A stretch of 64,000 bases of DNA, from the NCBI GenBank assembly GCA_001781415.1, contig MFLT01000012.1:6485-70484 (forward strand). Reading direction: 5' to 3'. The DNA is from Candidatus Kaiserbacteria bacterium RIFCSPLOWO2_01_FULL_45_25 (GTDB lineage: Bacteria; Patescibacteriota; Minisyncoccia; Phycocordibacterales; UBA918). Made by a program: the position numbers and the translations under genes. Positions within the stretch are counted from its first letter, which is position 1. Each line of letters opens with the position of its first letter. Below are positions 18,427 through 28,339 of the stretch, piece after piece. The notes beneath the pieces are model-generated. The model did not search any database and was not told the origin of the DNA. It saw only the letters and a list, made by a program, of their open reading frames with translations.

Positions 18427-19443
18427 ATGATGGAACTACTTCAGAAACCCCTCCGCACCACTCTTATTATTATCGGCGTGTTGGCAGCTATCTGTCTCTT
18501 AGTAGCTTTGTCTTTCTTTGTCTGGACCAAACATTTGATATTAAAAGAAACAGTAGTTCAAAATGATGTATTGCTGACAGAGCAAGAACCCTTTCCGGTA
18601 AGTGTTCAGGTCATTCAACATAAGATTGTTGAAGACCCAACCGTAGATTGGTATGTCGAGACTTACCTCTCATTTAATTCAGATAATTCAAGGCAAACCC
18701 AATGGTTAGACATGCTCCTGGCTCAGGTCGTTAAATGGGATTGGTATCAGCAGTTAGCTTCTTCTGTCAGCCGCATTTTGGTTATTTATTCTGGCGAACG
18801 AGGTGAGCAAGTGGTGGCGAACTTCGGTGATATTCTAAAGTGGAGTGACGAAGAACGCGCATTATTTGCTGACTACGTTGCAGAGACTGAGCCTTACCTT
18901 GACGACGGAACGTTTTATCCAGGTCGCTATGTGGTACCAAGTGATGCTTCTCCAGAACTGGTGGCTGATTTGCTACATGAGCGATTTTCAAATGAAATTT
19001 TGTCTCGCTACACATCAGAAGTTGAAGCCCAAGTGCCACTTAAAGACGCACTGATTATTGCTTCACTTCTCGAGCGCGAAGCTTATGACTTTACTGATAT
19101 GCGCTATATCTCTGGAGTGATTTGGAACCGTTTATTTATTGATATGCCACTGCAACTTGATGCCACGTTGCAGTACTCACTTGGTGCGGCCGCTAATGAT
19201 TGGTGGCCAAAGATTGTGCCTAAGGATAAATTCACACCGTCTCCGTATAATACGTACGAGAACACTGGCTTACCTCCAGCTCCGATTGCCAATCCTTCTG
19301 TGGAATCAATTATGGCTGCTCTCAATCCTCGAGTGACGGAGTGTATGTTCTACTTCCATGATGATAATGGTAGATTTTACTGTACAGACACCTACGAAGA
19401 GCATGTAGCTAAGTTAAAAGAAATCTACGGACAAGGACGATAA
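18427..19443 (+). CDS. mltG: endolytic murein transglycosylase MltG/YceG
   Basis: N-terminal TM helix, ...SPYNTYENTGLPPAPIANPS signature of YceG family; 338 aa. Confidence 0.85.
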   Translation: MMELLQKPLRTTLIIIGVLAAICLLVALSFFVWTKHLILKETVVQNDVLLTEQEPFPVSVQVIQHKIVEDPTVDWYVETYLSFNSDNSRQTQWLDMLLAQVVKWDWYQQLASSVSRILVIYSGERGEQVVANFGDILKWSDEERALFADYVAETEPYLDDGTFYPGRYVVPSDASPELVADLLHERFSNEILSRYTSEVEAQVPLKDALIIASLLEREAYDFTDMRYISGVIWNRLFIDMPLQLDATLQYSLGAAANDWWPKIVPKDKFTPSPYNTYENTGLPPAPIANPSVESIMAALNPRVTECMFYFHDDNGRFYCTDTYEEHVAKLKEIYGQGR

Positions 19444-19454
19444 TGTATAAAAAA

Positions 19455-19490
19455 GAAGACCCCGCGCGCATGCGCATTGGGGTCTTTTAT
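19455..19490 (+). terminator. intrinsic terminator after mltG
   Basis: GACCCCGCGCGCATGCGCATTGGGGTC hairpin followed by TTTTAT. Confidence 0.6.
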
Positions 19491-19506
19491 CTAGCCTGCG
19501 CTACCT

Positions 19507-20016
19507 TTAACGGCAGCGAAGACTTTCATAGGGCTTGGACGTATGTACCTTACGGTAGCTTCGCAAGGTGCCGTACTCGACGTTGGGAACGAGTTTGGCC
19601 TCTTCGTCGACCACCAAGTGACACCGGCCACCACCATCGCGCCAGGTGCAGTCCGTGACCTTGTCCAGACGCGTTTCAGGGACAGTACCCAAAGCATGGT
19701 TTTTTCCGAGGTAGGTGGTGAACCTGGAGCGACTGCGGCAAGTTTGTTGATGGCCGCGTTCACTCCATTGAATCCACCGGCAATCTTCCACGTCGACCTT
19801 GACGGCCATGGTGCTGCGCGAACTGCTCTCGTAGGAGCTGTCCACGACTTTGCACCCGAGACCCCGCCGCAGGTACGCCGCCGGCGGAGGCGCCGGTATT
19901 TCAGCGGGGCGGCTAAATTGCATGGTGTGAACCGGGACTGGCCGCAGGACAACTGTGGAACCACAGCCAGTCAGCGCCAGCAGAATCGAGAAAATGAGAG
20001 CGATATGTGCGTTCAC
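19507..20016 (-). CDS. putative lipoprotein encoded in a GC-rich islet
   Basis: MNAHIALIFSILLALTGC lipobox signal peptide; region ~58-60% GC with overlapping ORFs in 3 frames; frame chosen on signal peptide. Confidence 0.45.
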   Translation of the reverse strand: MNAHIALIFSILLALTGCGSTVVLRPVPVHTMQFSRPAEIPAPPPAAYLRRGLGCKVVDSSYESSSRSTMAVKVDVEDCRWIQWSERGHQQTCRSRSRFTTYLGKNHALGTVPETRLDKVTDCTWRDGGGRCHLVVDEEAKLVPNVEYGTLRSYRKVHTSKPYESLRCR

Positions 20017-20212
20017 GAGAACTCCTTTGGTTGAATTGTGCGCCTCAAATCAAGGTGCTTACTACTCTATACAATAGCACAAAAACAGCTTAAAGTCAAT
20101 CCAAATTCGGGTACAAATGGTGAATTTACCTTTATTTACATAGGTTTTTTCCTTAATGCATAAACCCCGTGAGTTTCACTCACGGGGTTTATGGTTTTTC
20201 TAAAAAAAGTTA

Positions 20213-20797
20213 TTAGCAGGCGTTTTTGCCAAGTCTCTCAACTTCCTTCATCCACTTAGTGCGAACTTCATCTGTCACACGCTCACATGGACCGTATGAA
20301 CTGACGTTGGTGCGGATACCAGCGAATTCAAGGATGCCGTATTGAATTTCGTTGGTGTAGTCACCAAACTGCCACCAGGTCTTAAATGGACTATGTGAAC
20401 CAGATAGAATAATCACGCGTCCAGTCTTCCCTGCTAGATGCTTCTCTATCTTCTTGGTTTGCTTATTGAAGTTGAAAGCAAAACCTGGCAACCAGAAGCG
20501 GTCAAAGAGTCCCTTAAGGATGGCAGGCATAGTGCACCACCAGTTAGGATAGATAATCACGATGTGATCTGCGGCACGGAACTTATCTTGGAGAGCCAGG
20601 AGGTCTGGTTCAAGGTGCTGGATTTCTTTGTAGCCTTTATGGAGAATTGGATCGAAGTTTAGTTCACCGATATTAACTCGTTCAACGTGGTGTCCAGCGT
20701 CTTCAGCACCAACTTGGTAATGATCTGCAACTGTACCAGTAAAAGAATCTTTGTCGGGATGTCCGCAGAGCACGACAATGTTTTTAGGATTTTGCAT
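20213..20797 (-). CDS. flavodoxin-fold NAD(P)H-dependent (quinone) oxidoreductase
   Basis: KNIVVLCGHPDKDSFTG... start typical of NAD(P)H dehydrogenase (quinone)/MdaB-like flavodoxin-like fold proteins. Confidence 0.75.
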   Translation of the reverse strand: MQNPKNIVVLCGHPDKDSFTGTVADHYQVGAEDAGHHVERVNIGELNFDPILHKGYKEIQHLEPDLLALQDKFRAADHIVIIYPNWWCTMPAILKGLFDRFWLPGFAFNFNKQTKKIEKHLAGKTGRVIILSGSHSPFKTWWQFGDYTNEIQYGILEFAGIRTNVSSYGPCERVTDEVRTKWMKEVERLGKNAC

Positions 20798-20870
20798 ATA
20801 GCTCTAGTATAACGGAACACAGCCCAAGCGAAGCTTGGGCTGTGTTGATTACTTTCAGCTTAATACAGAG

Positions 20871-21185
20871 TTATCGTCGAATGCTGCCGTTAGGATTGAA
20901 CTTCCCTTGTGCTCCCATTTGCATCTTTACCATTTGCTCTTTCATCTCCGGGCTCATGACTGACATGATTTCCTTTTGGTACTTCGGTAATACTTTCATC
21001 GCTGCTGACATTTGGTTGTTACCATTCTTCTTTAGTTCTTCCTGCATTTCCTTAGCAATTTTCTCAAACAAAGCTGGATCTTTCTCAACCATTTCAAGAA
21101 TCATTTGTTGCTGCTCTGGTGGAGCATCCTTCATCTGTGACTGTAGCACTTTCTTGAGTGCAAACTGTTTTAATTTTCCAAACAT
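20871..21185 (-). CDS. hypothetical Lys/Glu/Met-rich small protein
   Basis: 104-aa ORF. Confidence 0.45.
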   Translation of the reverse strand: MFGKLKQFALKKVLQSQMKDAPPEQQQMILEMVEKDPALFEKIAKEMQEELKKNGNNQMSAAMKVLPKYQKEIMSVMSPEMKEQMVKMQMGAQGKFNPNGSIRR

Positions 21186-21276
21186 AACTGGTCGATTGTA
21201 CCACAGGAAGTTAAGTTTGGTCTATAAAAAAGTCATTAAAATATGACGTAGCTTGGCGGTTCGTCTGCGGTGGGTT

Positions 21277-21807
21277 CTAAATAATAACCGGCTGTTGTTC
21301 TTCACGCTTCTCTTTGAGGTAGGCCATGACACTGTTTATGAATGAAATAGCAAAAAACATGAATGTAGCGTATGCAAACAAGAAAACTAGAATATGGACA
21401 TTTGAATATCCTTGAGCAAAGAGGGCTAGCAAAAAGCCTAGTGAATACCAAGATGAGGCTTGAATGGCTGGACCAAAAGTACTAGGCATTATGTGGACTG
21501 TCATCAAAAAAGCGTTAATAAAGAGTACGGCCGTTAGAATTGTTTGAGCAGTGACATAACCGGTAAAGTAATCTTGGCCTAAAGTAGCGTAACCAATGAA
21601 GGCCAAAATTAGAGAGGAAACAAGAATCAATCCCATAGCTACCCGAAGCACGATGTAAGTAACACCCATGAAGTTACGCTCAGTTTCATCAATCTTGCCA
21701 TCTGAAATGGCGTAGAAGAAATTAAGGATAGCGAGGGTAGAGGTACCCACTCCTAGTGAGATACCCATTGATTGAATAATTGAGAGACCAAGAACTAATA
21801 TTTCCAT
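21277..21807 (-). CDS. hypothetical polytopic membrane protein
   Basis: 176 aa, 5 hydrophobic segments. Confidence 0.55.
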   Translation of the reverse strand: MEILVLGLSIIQSMGISLGVGTSTLAILNFFYAISDGKIDETERNFMGVTYIVLRVAMGLILVSSLILAFIGYATLGQDYFTGYVTAQTILTAVLFINAFLMTVHIMPSTFGPAIQASSWYSLGFLLALFAQGYSNVHILVFLFAYATFMFFAISFINSVMAYLKEKREEQQPVII

Positions 21808-21934
21808 ATAATAAAATCATAGCAAATGACTGAGAATATCCTACCCCTTAGTGTGTATTCATCTCAATACTGATGGTAGATTATGTCCAAAATATGATTC
21901 ACATTTTGATTGATTAGAGGTAAGCTTTTAACAC

Positions 21935-23290
21935 ATGAACAAACATAACTTTGAGCACTTGGAAAGTATTTATCGGAACTATGACATACGAGGTCTCTAT
22001 CCAAATGAAATTACTGAAGATGAGGTTGAAAAAATCGGATACGCCATAGTTAAAAATTTTGGTACAAAAAAAGTCGCTGTTGGCTATGACATTCGTCCTT
22101 CTTCTCTGCCACTAAAAAATGCATTGATAAAAGGTTTAACTGAAGCTGGCTGTAATGTGGTTGATCTCGGACTTGTAACCACCCCAATGACGTACTACGT
22201 CTGTGGAAGTACAGACGTTGACGCAACAGTGATGGTCACTGCCTCACATATGCCCTCTGAATATAACGGCTTAAAAATTGCCGTTGATGACAGTAAGCCG
22301 GTTACGAAGGATATGCTTCAAGATTTGAAGAGAATTGTTGGTGAGCATACCTACTCAAGCTCTGAGGTTATTGGTGTTATTGAAACTAATTCTCCTCTTT
22401 CAAAGTGGCAATCAAAATTTAAAGCAGCCCACTCTTTTGGTGGCAGACCATTACGTATCGTTATTGATCCTGCCAACATGATAGGAGGATTAGAAATTGA
22501 AACATTTCGTGCTTTTGAACCAGACTTGGAGGTTTTCGTTATTTATGATGAGTTTGATCATACTACTCCAAATCATGAAGCTAATCCCATTAAGCCCGAG
22601 ACTCTTAAAGACTTAGGGCTTGAGGTGTTAAAAAATCAAGCTGATATTGGAATCGCTTTTGATGGCGACGCCGATCGGGTTGGGTTTGTTGATGAAAAAG
22701 GATCTTTTGTTCCAGCAGACATAATTGGGGCGCTAATTGCTGGTGTTCTATTAGAGAAACATCCCAACTCAACCATTGTTTATGATACTCGTTCTTCCAA
22801 AGCAGTGGGAGAAGAAATTCAGCGTCATGGCGGTATCCCCATAGAGTGGAAAGTTGGACATACAAACATTCGCACCAAAATGCGTGAGGTAGATGCAATT
22901 TTTGGAATTGAATTAGCCGGACATTACTTTTTTAAAGAAACTTACTTCTCAGAAGGTGGGCCTTTGCCAGCCTTTCTTATTCTTGAGCTTTTACACAAAA
23001 CCGGTAAAAGTCTGTCCACTCTAGTGAAAGAAGTACAAAAATACTATCACTCAACAGAAATTAATAGTGAGGTAACTAAAACTCCTGAAGAAATTTATAC
23101 GTTACTTCAAGCAGAGTTCCCTGGCGGTGAAGTTAGTATGCTGGATGGGATAAAAGTAACCTTTTCTGACTGGTGGTTCAATACCCGTCCGTCAGCTAAT
23201 GATCCCGTACTCAGGTTAAATCTTGAGGCTAACACAAAAGATTTGATGGAAGAAAAACTCGCTCAAGTTTTAAAAATTATTCGAAGCTAG
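21935..23290 (+). CDS. phosphoglucomutase/phosphomannomutase-family mutase (alpha-D-phosphohexomutase)
   Basis: TASHMPSEYNGLK phosphoserine loop, FDGDADRVGF metal-binding loop; 451 aa. Confidence 0.85.
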   Translation: MNKHNFEHLESIYRNYDIRGLYPNEITEDEVEKIGYAIVKNFGTKKVAVGYDIRPSSLPLKNALIKGLTEAGCNVVDLGLVTTPMTYYVCGSTDVDATVMVTASHMPSEYNGLKIAVDDSKPVTKDMLQDLKRIVGEHTYSSSEVIGVIETNSPLSKWQSKFKAAHSFGGRPLRIVIDPANMIGGLEIETFRAFEPDLEVFVIYDEFDHTTPNHEANPIKPETLKDLGLEVLKNQADIGIAFDGDADRVGFVDEKGSFVPADIIGALIAGVLLEKHPNSTIVYDTRSSKAVGEEIQRHGGIPIEWKVGHTNIRTKMREVDAIFGIELAGHYFFKETYFSEGGPLPAFLILELLHKTGKSLSTLVKEVQKYYHSTEINSEVTKTPEEIYTLLQAEFPGGEVSMLDGIKVTFSDWWFNTRPSANDPVLRLNLEANTKDLMEEKLAQVLKIIRS

Positions 23291-23323
23291 ATTGATATCA
23301 AGCATCGTCTGAGTAGATGCTAG

Positions 23324-23779
23324 TTAGTATGTAACTGATGTATTGGAGTTTGCTTGCATGAGGCAGGTATTAAGAGCTGGTGTCTCTGTCCAGCCACATT
23401 CGCCGGATTGTTGGCGTTCACAAGTTGCTTCTCGGTAGCAGGCATATGACTCACGCCATTCACAAGTGGATACTACATCTCTATTTTCAGAACAGATTTG
23501 ACTACTGCAGCCACCAACATAACAACCTTTTTGTGCCACTGGGGCTGGGGTTTCTTCAGCTGGTGGTGTAGACGAAGCTGGCTCCGGTAAAGCTGGGGTT
23601 TCTACTGGTGTATCAATTGGTTCAATCGGTTTTTCTTCAGATAACGTTGGTGGAGTTGAGGTTGAATCGTTTGTTGTTGAAGTAACACTTAGGGTGGGCG
23701 TTGTTGTGCGAAGTAAAACACTGGCAACAACAATAAGTAGTAGCAGGGTGAGGAGGGCTAATGTGCGCTTCCTATGCAT
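23324..23779 (-). CDS. secreted protein with Pro/Thr-rich linker and Cys-rich C-terminal domain
   Basis: signal peptide/TM anchor, PT-rich low-complexity, 10 Cys in last 70 aa. Confidence 0.55.
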   Translation of the reverse strand: MHRKRTLALLTLLLLIVVASVLLRTTTPTLSVTSTTNDSTSTPPTLSEEKPIEPIDTPVETPALPEPASSTPPAEETPAPVAQKGCYVGGCSSQICSENRDVVSTCEWRESYACYREATCERQQSGECGWTETPALNTCLMQANSNTSVTY

Positions 23780-23840
23780 ATACTTATAAACTATATAGCA
23801 AAATCGAATTCTGACAATACAGTGATGGGATTATATACAA

Positions 23841-23869
23841 ATTTAAACCCCGCCAAACTTGGCGGGGTC
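23841..23869 (-). terminator. intrinsic terminator after sppA
   Basis: CCCCGCC aaactt GGCGGGG hairpin + U-rich tract on minus. Confidence 0.5.
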
Positions 23870-23873
23870 AATT

Positions 23874-24719
23874 TTAATATCCACAAAATACTATTTCCTC
23901 GGGACTCATACCAAGCTGGTTGGCAAACCACGCTCTAGCCACTTCCCTGTTCCCAACTGCGTCAATCAGTCCTGCTTCCAAGGCAAGTTTGCCTGGCATG
24001 GAAGAACCGTCCGCTAGCTTGGCTATCGTCTCAATTGGTAAGTTGCGGTTTTCTGCCACCTCTGCCACCAATGCTTCGTGCCAGACTGATAGGTCGCGCT
24101 CAAACAATCCACGCTCTTCTTCAGTTAGTGGTTTGTCTGGGTCGCCATAGTTTTTATATTTAGCAGAAGCTAATGAAATGTATTCAATACCTTGGGCGGC
24201 ATTTTGCGCAGAATAGTCTAAGTATGACATTGTAATGCCAATTGATCCTACATCTGAAAACGGAGAGGCGATTATTGTGTCCGCGGCTGAGGCAATTAAG
24301 TAGGCTGCTGACGCTCCTGAATCTACGATATAAGCGGCGTTTGGCATTACGCTTTTCTTTAACTCTGTAGCAATTTGTTCAGCTGCCGCTCCAGAGCCTC
24401 CAGTTGAATTAATGAGAGCAAGTACTCCATAGATACCTGGTTCTGCTTCAGCTTGTTCCAGAAATGACAGGGCGTCTTTCATATTGGTCGAAGTCATTTC
24501 ATTACCATAATCATCAGTAACGCTTCCATAGCCATGAATCTCGCCTTCAATCGGCAAAACCGCAATATTGCAGTAGCCATCCCCAATGTAGGTACTGGCG
24601 TTGAATCCACTCCACTCATCATGCCAGTCACCCCAGATAGTTAATCCAGTATAAAATAGAGCTGGAATAAGGATAGCTACGAGAATGATGGGAGCAAGAA
24701 TCTTGAGGGCAGTGTTCAT
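23874..24719 (-). CDS. sppA: signal peptide peptidase SppA (S49 family, 36K type)
   Basis: N-terminal TM, ...ALINSTGGSGAA..., Ser/Lys dyad context typical of S49; 281 aa. Confidence 0.75.
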   Translation of the reverse strand: MNTALKILAPIILVAILIPALFYTGLTIWGDWHDEWSGFNASTYIGDGYCNIAVLPIEGEIHGYGSVTDDYGNEMTSTNMKDALSFLEQAEAEPGIYGVLALINSTGGSGAAAEQIATELKKSVMPNAAYIVDSGASAAYLIASAADTIIASPFSDVGSIGITMSYLDYSAQNAAQGIEYISLASAKYKNYGDPDKPLTEEERGLFERDLSVWHEALVAEVAENRNLPIETIAKLADGSSMPGKLALEAGLIDAVGNREVARAWFANQLGMSPEEIVFCGY

Positions 24720-24834
24720 ATTTGGATGATTAGTGGTGATAAATCAATATAATATTAAGAATACTGATTGAAAGTAGAAATGGCAAAGGATAACTAATTG
24801 TACTTTTAGAGGTGAGGTGTACACTTAAAGCATT

Positions 24835-25218
24835 ATGGAACAAGCACCAAATATGAGTGTTGAGAAAGCTAAAGTTACAGCTCTTACTCCTGAACAGATT
24901 GATAGAAATGAAAAATTGTTAGCAGCAAAAAATAAGATGCAGCTGGCCCTAGCGTTAGATATTCTACACACTAAAGACGAAACCAGAGATATTTTTTCTA
25001 ACATTCATGATGAAAGTGATTTAATGGAACCTAATCCTGAAACTGAGGAGTACGTCCTCCTTGTTTTGGCTCAAATCATGGATGATGTTAGAGAGATGGT
25101 CATTAAACACCCTGAGGTTGTTGAACATATTGCCAACGATACTGACCGACCTTTGGATGAAATTAATCTAACTGAAGCCAAAGGGTACTTGTCGCAACAT
25201 TTTGAAACGATGCATTAG
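24835..25218 (+). CDS. hypothetical acidic protein
   Basis: 127-aa ORF followed by bidirectional terminator. Confidence 0.5.
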   Translation: MEQAPNMSVEKAKVTALTPEQIDRNEKLLAAKNKMQLALALDILHTKDETRDIFSNIHDESDLMEPNPETEEYVLLVLAQIMDDVREMVIKHPEVVEHIANDTDRPLDEINLTEAKGYLSQHFETMH

Positions 25219-25223
25219 AGAAT

Positions 25224-25267
25224 TAGAAACCGCCGACGCAGTCTAGCTACGCCGGCGGTGTTCTTTT
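25224..25267. terminator. bidirectional intrinsic terminator (CCGCCGACG...CGCCGGCGG)
   Basis: 9-bp GC stem, TTCTTTT downstream, between convergent genes. Confidence 0.55.
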
Positions 25268-25276
25268 AATTTTTCT

Positions 25277-27844
25277 TTATAACTTTAATTTGCTCATAGC
25301 TATTACCTGCTCTTCAAAGGGAGTAAGTGGAAAAGCTACTTCACGCTGACAAACTAACTCATTAATTGTTTTACGAGTGGTTAAGTACACATAACCAGTC
25401 GGTGCAGCAATGCCCCACGGACTTAGTATTTCTTCGCGATACTGTTCTTGGAAATTAATAACCGCCTCTTCGGTCAGCTCATCAAATACGCCGGTAGCTG
25501 GTAATTCAATGGTCAGCTGCTCCGCTAAGAAGGTTTGCAGTTTTTCTACTTCGACAGAATCGTTGTTTTGACCAAGTCGGATAAATGACTTTAGGTATGG
25601 GTCACAGGTGGTAAATGCACCCAAGACCAGTGGTTGTGCAAGGTTGGAAATATTTAAGTCTACACTAGCACTAAGTGACATGTACACATTGTTTGTGCTT
25701 GGCGTCTTCTTCCGATGGTTTCCAATTACTTGAACAGAGTTGGTGTATACGCCTGGCTCAGTTGAACTTGAATATTCTATGGTGTAAGTAACGGTTATCA
25801 GTTCGTCCGCGGCCACCGTACCCAGCTCCCAGAACTCTTCATGAATCAATTCCCCAGCTTCATTTCTTAGTATGTCTGAAAGCACGGCATTGTAGAGCGG
25901 GCCACCAGAATTTTCTACTGTCACCGTGTAGTCCATCGTGGCTGGTACGGTGGTGTTTGGAAAAGCCACCTGCTTACTAACACTGACTTCAGCTGGTTTG
26001 GTGGTATTTGAGCCACCACCAGACCTTCTAATTACCCCAGCTTCTATCACAATTGTGTCATTGTTATTGTCTACCACGTCTTCATTTTCTGTTGCCTCAG
26101 CCGAGACAGTGAGGGGAATGGTGGTTATATTACTAGCCGGTAAGTCAGTTCTAACAATGGCGGTGTAGCTTACTTCACGAGTCGCCCCAGCTGGGATTGA
26201 TCCAATTTCCCATGATGATTGTTTTTTACCATCTGCCAATAATTCACCCGGATTGTCTAAAAAGTTTAAGTGTGGGGCGGCAAAGACATTATTCAAAACT
26301 ACATCACTAGCAGTAGTGTCACCTAGATTTGATACGGTGTAAGTATATTTTACTTCTGAACCGGGCATAATCGGATTATCAGCTGAAGTAGCCTCTACTC
26401 CTACCCACAAGTCTGGACGACCAAAGGCAATATTTCCACCCCAGTCACCAAAGATATCAAAGATAAGTAAGGCCCAGTTCTGACTAAGGATATTTAAGTT
26501 GGCTAGGTTGGTAATATTGGCGGCCGCATAGGCGTTGCCGGTATTAATATTTCCAGAAGCAGTACCTTCAATTTTGTTATCTCCAGTTAGAGCAAAGACA
26601 GAGACGTTGTTTTGAATGGTGGCTTGGTTGGTGTTATTGGTTGTGTAGTTTGCATCCGCTCCCGCTTCCCCTTCGGCCGGAGCATTGTAGACAGTGATAC
26701 CTTGCGGAGTTTCACTCCACAGCATATTGTTTGGTAGTCCAAAGATTTCTCCTGACCAACTACCATGTACACGAATTAGGATAAGGAAAGAATCTCCACC
26801 AATTAGATTTTGATTTACTTGGTTGGTTATATTGCCCGAGGCACTAGCGTCACCAGTAGTGACGTCACCACCCTCATTGGAATTTAGCCCAGTTTCAGCG
26901 CCAACTTCAACATTATTATCAATATCAGCGGTATTGTTGTTATTGGCAGACGTACCGCCACTCACTCCACTACCAGCGAAAAGCTTATTTAGTAAGTCGG
27001 CATTAGGAAGAATAATATCGCCATCTAGACTACCTAAGTTGTTAATTGATACCAATAGATAATTGGAGTCTACAATATTGGTGTTGGCCAAGTTAAAAAT
27101 ATTGGCGGCGGCGTAGGCGTCTCCAGTTGTGATACTACCCTCTCCTGTGCCCTCAATATTATTTTCACCAGTACTGGCGCGAACAATCACGGTGTTATTG
27201 ATGGTGGCGGTATTATCGGTATTAGATTCATTTACAAAACCACCATCTCCACACACCCCAGGAACACAAGGGGTGGTACTTTGTGAAGTTTCAGTTTCAA
27301 AAACTGAAAATAGGTTTCGGACATCGAGTGAGCTGAGGCCAAGAGCGGTAAAAAACTGAATTAGACCATCAGAATTTAGGATATTGGTATTAACTAAATT
27401 CACTACGTTGGCTACTGCATAACCATCGCCAGTGATGATGGTGGCGTCTGTAGCATCGGTAATAGTGTTGTCTCCGGTTTCGGCGGTAGAAGTAGCGAAG
27501 TTATCTATCGTGGCTGTGTTGGTGGCGGACGCTGTCAAAGTATCCTCAAGCCCTAAAAATTCTTCAATCGCTTCTTCTTGCGGAGTGGTGGTTGATTCTT
27601 CGGTTGAATTTTCAATTATATTTGTATTTGCTTCGTTATTAAGTTCCAAAATTGAGACGGCATCACCAGTCTCTACCACTGTTTCTTCTGGGGTTGAATT
27701 AATTACTTCTTCTGAAGTTTCCTCTGGCAATTCTTCTGCTAATAGATACTTAGTTTGCAAAAAAAGTGACTCTAGTGTTATGGCTATGACAAGAAACTTC
27801 GCTAGTATTGAAAACAAAGTCTTGCTCTGGTGTTTTGTATACAT
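25277..27844 (-). CDS. large secreted/cell-surface repeat protein with DUF11-like repeats and C-terminal peptidoglycan-binding-like domain
   Basis: 855 aa; N-terminal signal anchor; four ~40-aa repeats TTGDAYAAANIxNLANxNI; two TYTVxNxG DUF11-like segments; C-terminal ...VEKLQTFLAEQ...GVFDELTEEAVINFQEQY... resembles PG_binding_1. Confidence 0.7.
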   Translation of the reverse strand: MYTKHQSKTLFSILAKFLVIAITLESLFLQTKYLLAEELPEETSEEVINSTPEETVVETGDAVSILELNNEANTNIIENSTEESTTTPQEEAIEEFLGLEDTLTASATNTATIDNFATSTAETGDNTITDATDATIITGDGYAVANVVNLVNTNILNSDGLIQFFTALGLSSLDVRNLFSVFETETSQSTTPCVPGVCGDGGFVNESNTDNTATINNTVIVRASTGENNIEGTGEGSITTGDAYAAANIFNLANTNIVDSNYLLVSINNLGSLDGDIILPNADLLNKLFAGSGVSGGTSANNNNTADIDNNVEVGAETGLNSNEGGDVTTGDASASGNITNQVNQNLIGGDSFLILIRVHGSWSGEIFGLPNNMLWSETPQGITVYNAPAEGEAGADANYTTNNTNQATIQNNVSVFALTGDNKIEGTASGNINTGNAYAAANITNLANLNILSQNWALLIFDIFGDWGGNIAFGRPDLWVGVEATSADNPIMPGSEVKYTYTVSNLGDTTASDVVLNNVFAAPHLNFLDNPGELLADGKKQSSWEIGSIPAGATREVSYTAIVRTDLPASNITTIPLTVSAEATENEDVVDNNNDTIVIEAGVIRRSGGGSNTTKPAEVSVSKQVAFPNTTVPATMDYTVTVENSGGPLYNAVLSDILRNEAGELIHEEFWELGTVAADELITVTYTIEYSSSTEPGVYTNSVQVIGNHRKKTPSTNNVYMSLSASVDLNISNLAQPLVLGAFTTCDPYLKSFIRLGQNNDSVEVEKLQTFLAEQLTIELPATGVFDELTEEAVINFQEQYREEILSPWGIAAPTGYVYLTTRKTINELVCQREVAFPLTPFEEQVIAMSKLKL

Positions 27845-27855
27845 ATAAATTGGCT

Positions 27856-28242
27856 TTATGTAGATCCAGAAATCTTGGTAAGTAGTCGGAGCAAGTCTTC
27901 TAATAGTGACATTAATTCTACAAGTCTAGCTATTTCAGCTTCCTTGTTACTGTTTGAAGTACTGGCGACTATAATTCTCACAAAATCATCTTCGTTGATT
28001 TCTGAGCTATAGAAAAGTTTTCCGGTTGCACTTGTTTCTTGATAATCTTCTACCACCTGGCCATCTACCACTGTTTTTACAGAGATGGATGACGAATTAT
28101 TGGTGCCATTATCAGATGACGACTCTACACTGACATTATTAGTCACCGTAGCCGCTACCGCGGTTGATGCAATGATGCTGGCACAGAAAAATAAAACTCC
28201 TGTTGACCACACGATTATTTTTATGCAGTGTTTGTGTGACAT
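27856..28242 (-). CDS. small secreted Ser/Asn-rich protein
   Basis: 128 aa, N-terminal signal peptide; related low-complexity to neighbours. Confidence 0.5.
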   Translation of the reverse strand: MSHKHCIKIIVWSTGVLFFCASIIASTAVAATVTNNVSVESSSDNGTNNSSSISVKTVVDGQVVEDYQETSATGKLFYSSEINEDDFVRIIVASTSNSNKEAEIARLVELMSLLEDLLRLLTKISGST

Positions 28243-28339
28243 ATACCCTTCTAAAGGCAGTCATCTTTAAAATATTTTTTGATGGCGACCTTTATGAAGG
28301 GGGGAAATACTTCCCCACTTCACTTTGCTCGAACTTAGA

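Noticed and set aside
19491-20034. Alternative overlapping ORFs (157 aa minus, 163 aa plus) in the GC-rich patch
   Set aside because: Open frames are expected by chance in 60% GC DNA. Only the 169-aa frame has a signal peptide. The plus-frame product is dominated by an Arg7 run from a CGC repeat.
20161-20195. Hairpin AACCCCGTGAG...CTCACGGGGTT as terminator of 20213..20797
   Set aside because: A good stem but no U-run on the minus strand. It may still function as a terminator but was not listed as a confident one.
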